Source of the DNA: Heterodontus francisci
Taxonomy: Eukaryota
Assembly: GCF_036365525.1 (NCBI RefSeq)
Contig: NC_090373.1
Span: forward strand, 13,383,935-13,447,934
Direction of reading: 5' to 3'
Length of the DNA stretch: 64,000 nucleotides
Both the position numbers and the translations under genes were made by a program. Positions within the stretch are counted from its first letter, which is position 1. Each line of letters begins with the position of its first letter. The notes beneath the pieces are model-generated. The model was not told the origin of the DNA and searched no databases. It saw nothing but the letters and a program-made list of their open reading frames with translations. Below, piece after piece: positions 62,549 to 64,000 of this stretch.

Positions 62549-64000
62549 TGTTAATTACATATGAATTTTATTTAAATGTATGCAGGTAATGGGCATTACC
62601 TGGGGATTCACTTGTGCTGCAATAAAAAAGAACAGACTGAATCTGTGGTTGGTCGGGCTTTGGAGAAGCATGTTTGAGAGTGTATCGCTGTAATTAAAAG
62701 CTTATAAAGATAAAGACTGGACTCCACCACCTCACTTCTTGGATTATAACATGGCAGCAGAGGATGATTGCCTAAACGCGAAGGTTAGAAACTAAGAAAA
62801 AAGTTTTAAGACAGAAAACTAAAATCCTAACAGTCATTGTAGAAAATGGCAGAAAGCAAGTGTCAATTGTCAGGGTATGATTACCCTCCAATGCTCTGAG
62901 TCTGAACCATATGGCCAGTGGAAGAATGAAGTGGATAGGTGGACATAGGTTACGTTCCTACCAAAGAGGAAACAAGATATGGCCTTGGCATTGTTGCTTC
63001 CTACAAGAAATAAAATGAGAAGTGAAGAATTTTGTGAGCTGGATGCCCTTCATTTGGATAGTGATGAAGGTTTGCACCTTCTATTAGATATCTTGGATGA
63101 AATCTACAAGAAAGATGATCTGTTAAACGCCTATAAGGCATGGTCAGACTTTGATCAATTATGGAAAAGAGATGGTCATTCCATGGAGGAACATATCATG
63201 GACTTTAACGCATTGTATAAAGATTAATGAAGTTCAATTTGCAGATCCCTGGATTGGTACGAGGGTTTAAATTGCTGGATTGTGCTAAGCTGTCTCATAT
63301 AGACAGGCAACTGGTTTTAACTGGCGTTCGGTTCTTGGGGAGGGAGATTCTGTTGGATCAGATGTCTGCTGTCTTAAAGACAAATTCCTGGGGAAACAGT
63401 CATTTCCTTCAGTCTTCATAGAACAAATGGGATATTCCGCAGTGACCCAAAGAATAGAAGACACAATGATTGACAGATTTCAAAATAGTTCAGATACCAG
63501 ATGCAGGCGTTAATACAACGGAAAGGTTACATACAGGTGGAATGAGAATGAAAGCACCTTTACCTGATCTGGCTTTTACAACAGACGACAAAATTAGAGC
63601 AACAGAGGCCAAATAGATCCCAGGAATGCCCAAGGAACAGTTAATAGTTGCTTCAGGTGTGACTCGAATTATCTTTATGTGGTAAACTGCTCAAAGTGAC
63701 ACATTGCACAGAGAATTCTGAGGAAGAGGATGAAGCTAATGATGAAACCAAACAAATCATAGTGGTCACAATCAGTTTTAGTCCTGTGATGAATGTGTTC
63801 ATCGTAGACTCCTTTAACTGTGCAGTAATAGATATTACTGATACTTCAACGGTATGTGGGAAAGATTGGTTAGAATGTTACCTTGATTCACTAAGCAGCA
63901 AGGATTGACAAAGTTAAGGAATATATAAGGACTACTGCTTTAGGTTTGGTGACAACACACATTGCAGTCACGAAAGAAAGTTATAATTCCATGTAAATTA
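62549..64000 (+). mobile_element. Ty1/Copia LTR retrotransposon, GalEa-like, 5' part (runs off the window)
   Basis: 203-bp LTR TGTTA...TAACA (62549-62751), directly followed by PBS tggcagcagaggatg, complementary to the initiator tRNA-Met 3' end. Degenerate gag from ATG 62846 (YGQWKNEVDRW, KRKQDMALALLLP, FKLLDCAKLS), knuckle CFRCDSNYLYVVNC and protease-like AVIDITDTSTVCGKDWL. Confidence 0.8.

Noticed and set aside
1-64000. Short ORFs in the supplied track as host genes, or a prokaryotic system (CRISPR, operon, defence island)
   Set aside because: They are TE fragments with stops, antisense frames of SINEs and LINEs, or random ORFs. There is no repeat-spacer array, and the DNA is vertebrate intron.

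Overview
Vertebrate nuclear DNA from a cartilaginous fish, inferred from HE1-type V-SINEs, SacSINE1/DeuSINE-like SINEs and elasmobranch-type CR1, L2 and Penelope repeats; it is not prokaryotic. The only host coding sequence I can support is two minus-strand exons (5164-5014 and 4775-4706) of the adhesion GPCR ADGRB3/BAI3, covering roughly TM3 through TM4 into ECL2. I found no neighbouring exons by eye, so the rest appears intronic, with an upstream intron of more than 58 kb. That intron is full of decayed, often nested transposable elements: many CR1 and L2 fragments, RTE ends and a Penelope-like element carrying a minimal hammerhead-ribozyme motif. There is also a 250-bp palindromic double-hammerhead mini-element with a long target-site duplication (TSD), a complete but dead Mag-type Gypsy element with ~110-bp LTRs, and several solo LTRs. 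The 5' end of a GalEa-type Copia element runs off the right edge. DNA transposons include an internally deleted Harbinger, related MITEs, a Tigger/pogo-like MITE, and an internally deleted hAT that keeps almost exactly the CGGBP1-homologous DNA-binding module. Nearly all ORFs in the supplied track are TE fragments or noise. Protein and TE family assignments come from recalled sequences, not searches, and repeat boundaries are approximate unless a TSD or terminal inverted repeat (TIR) is quoted.
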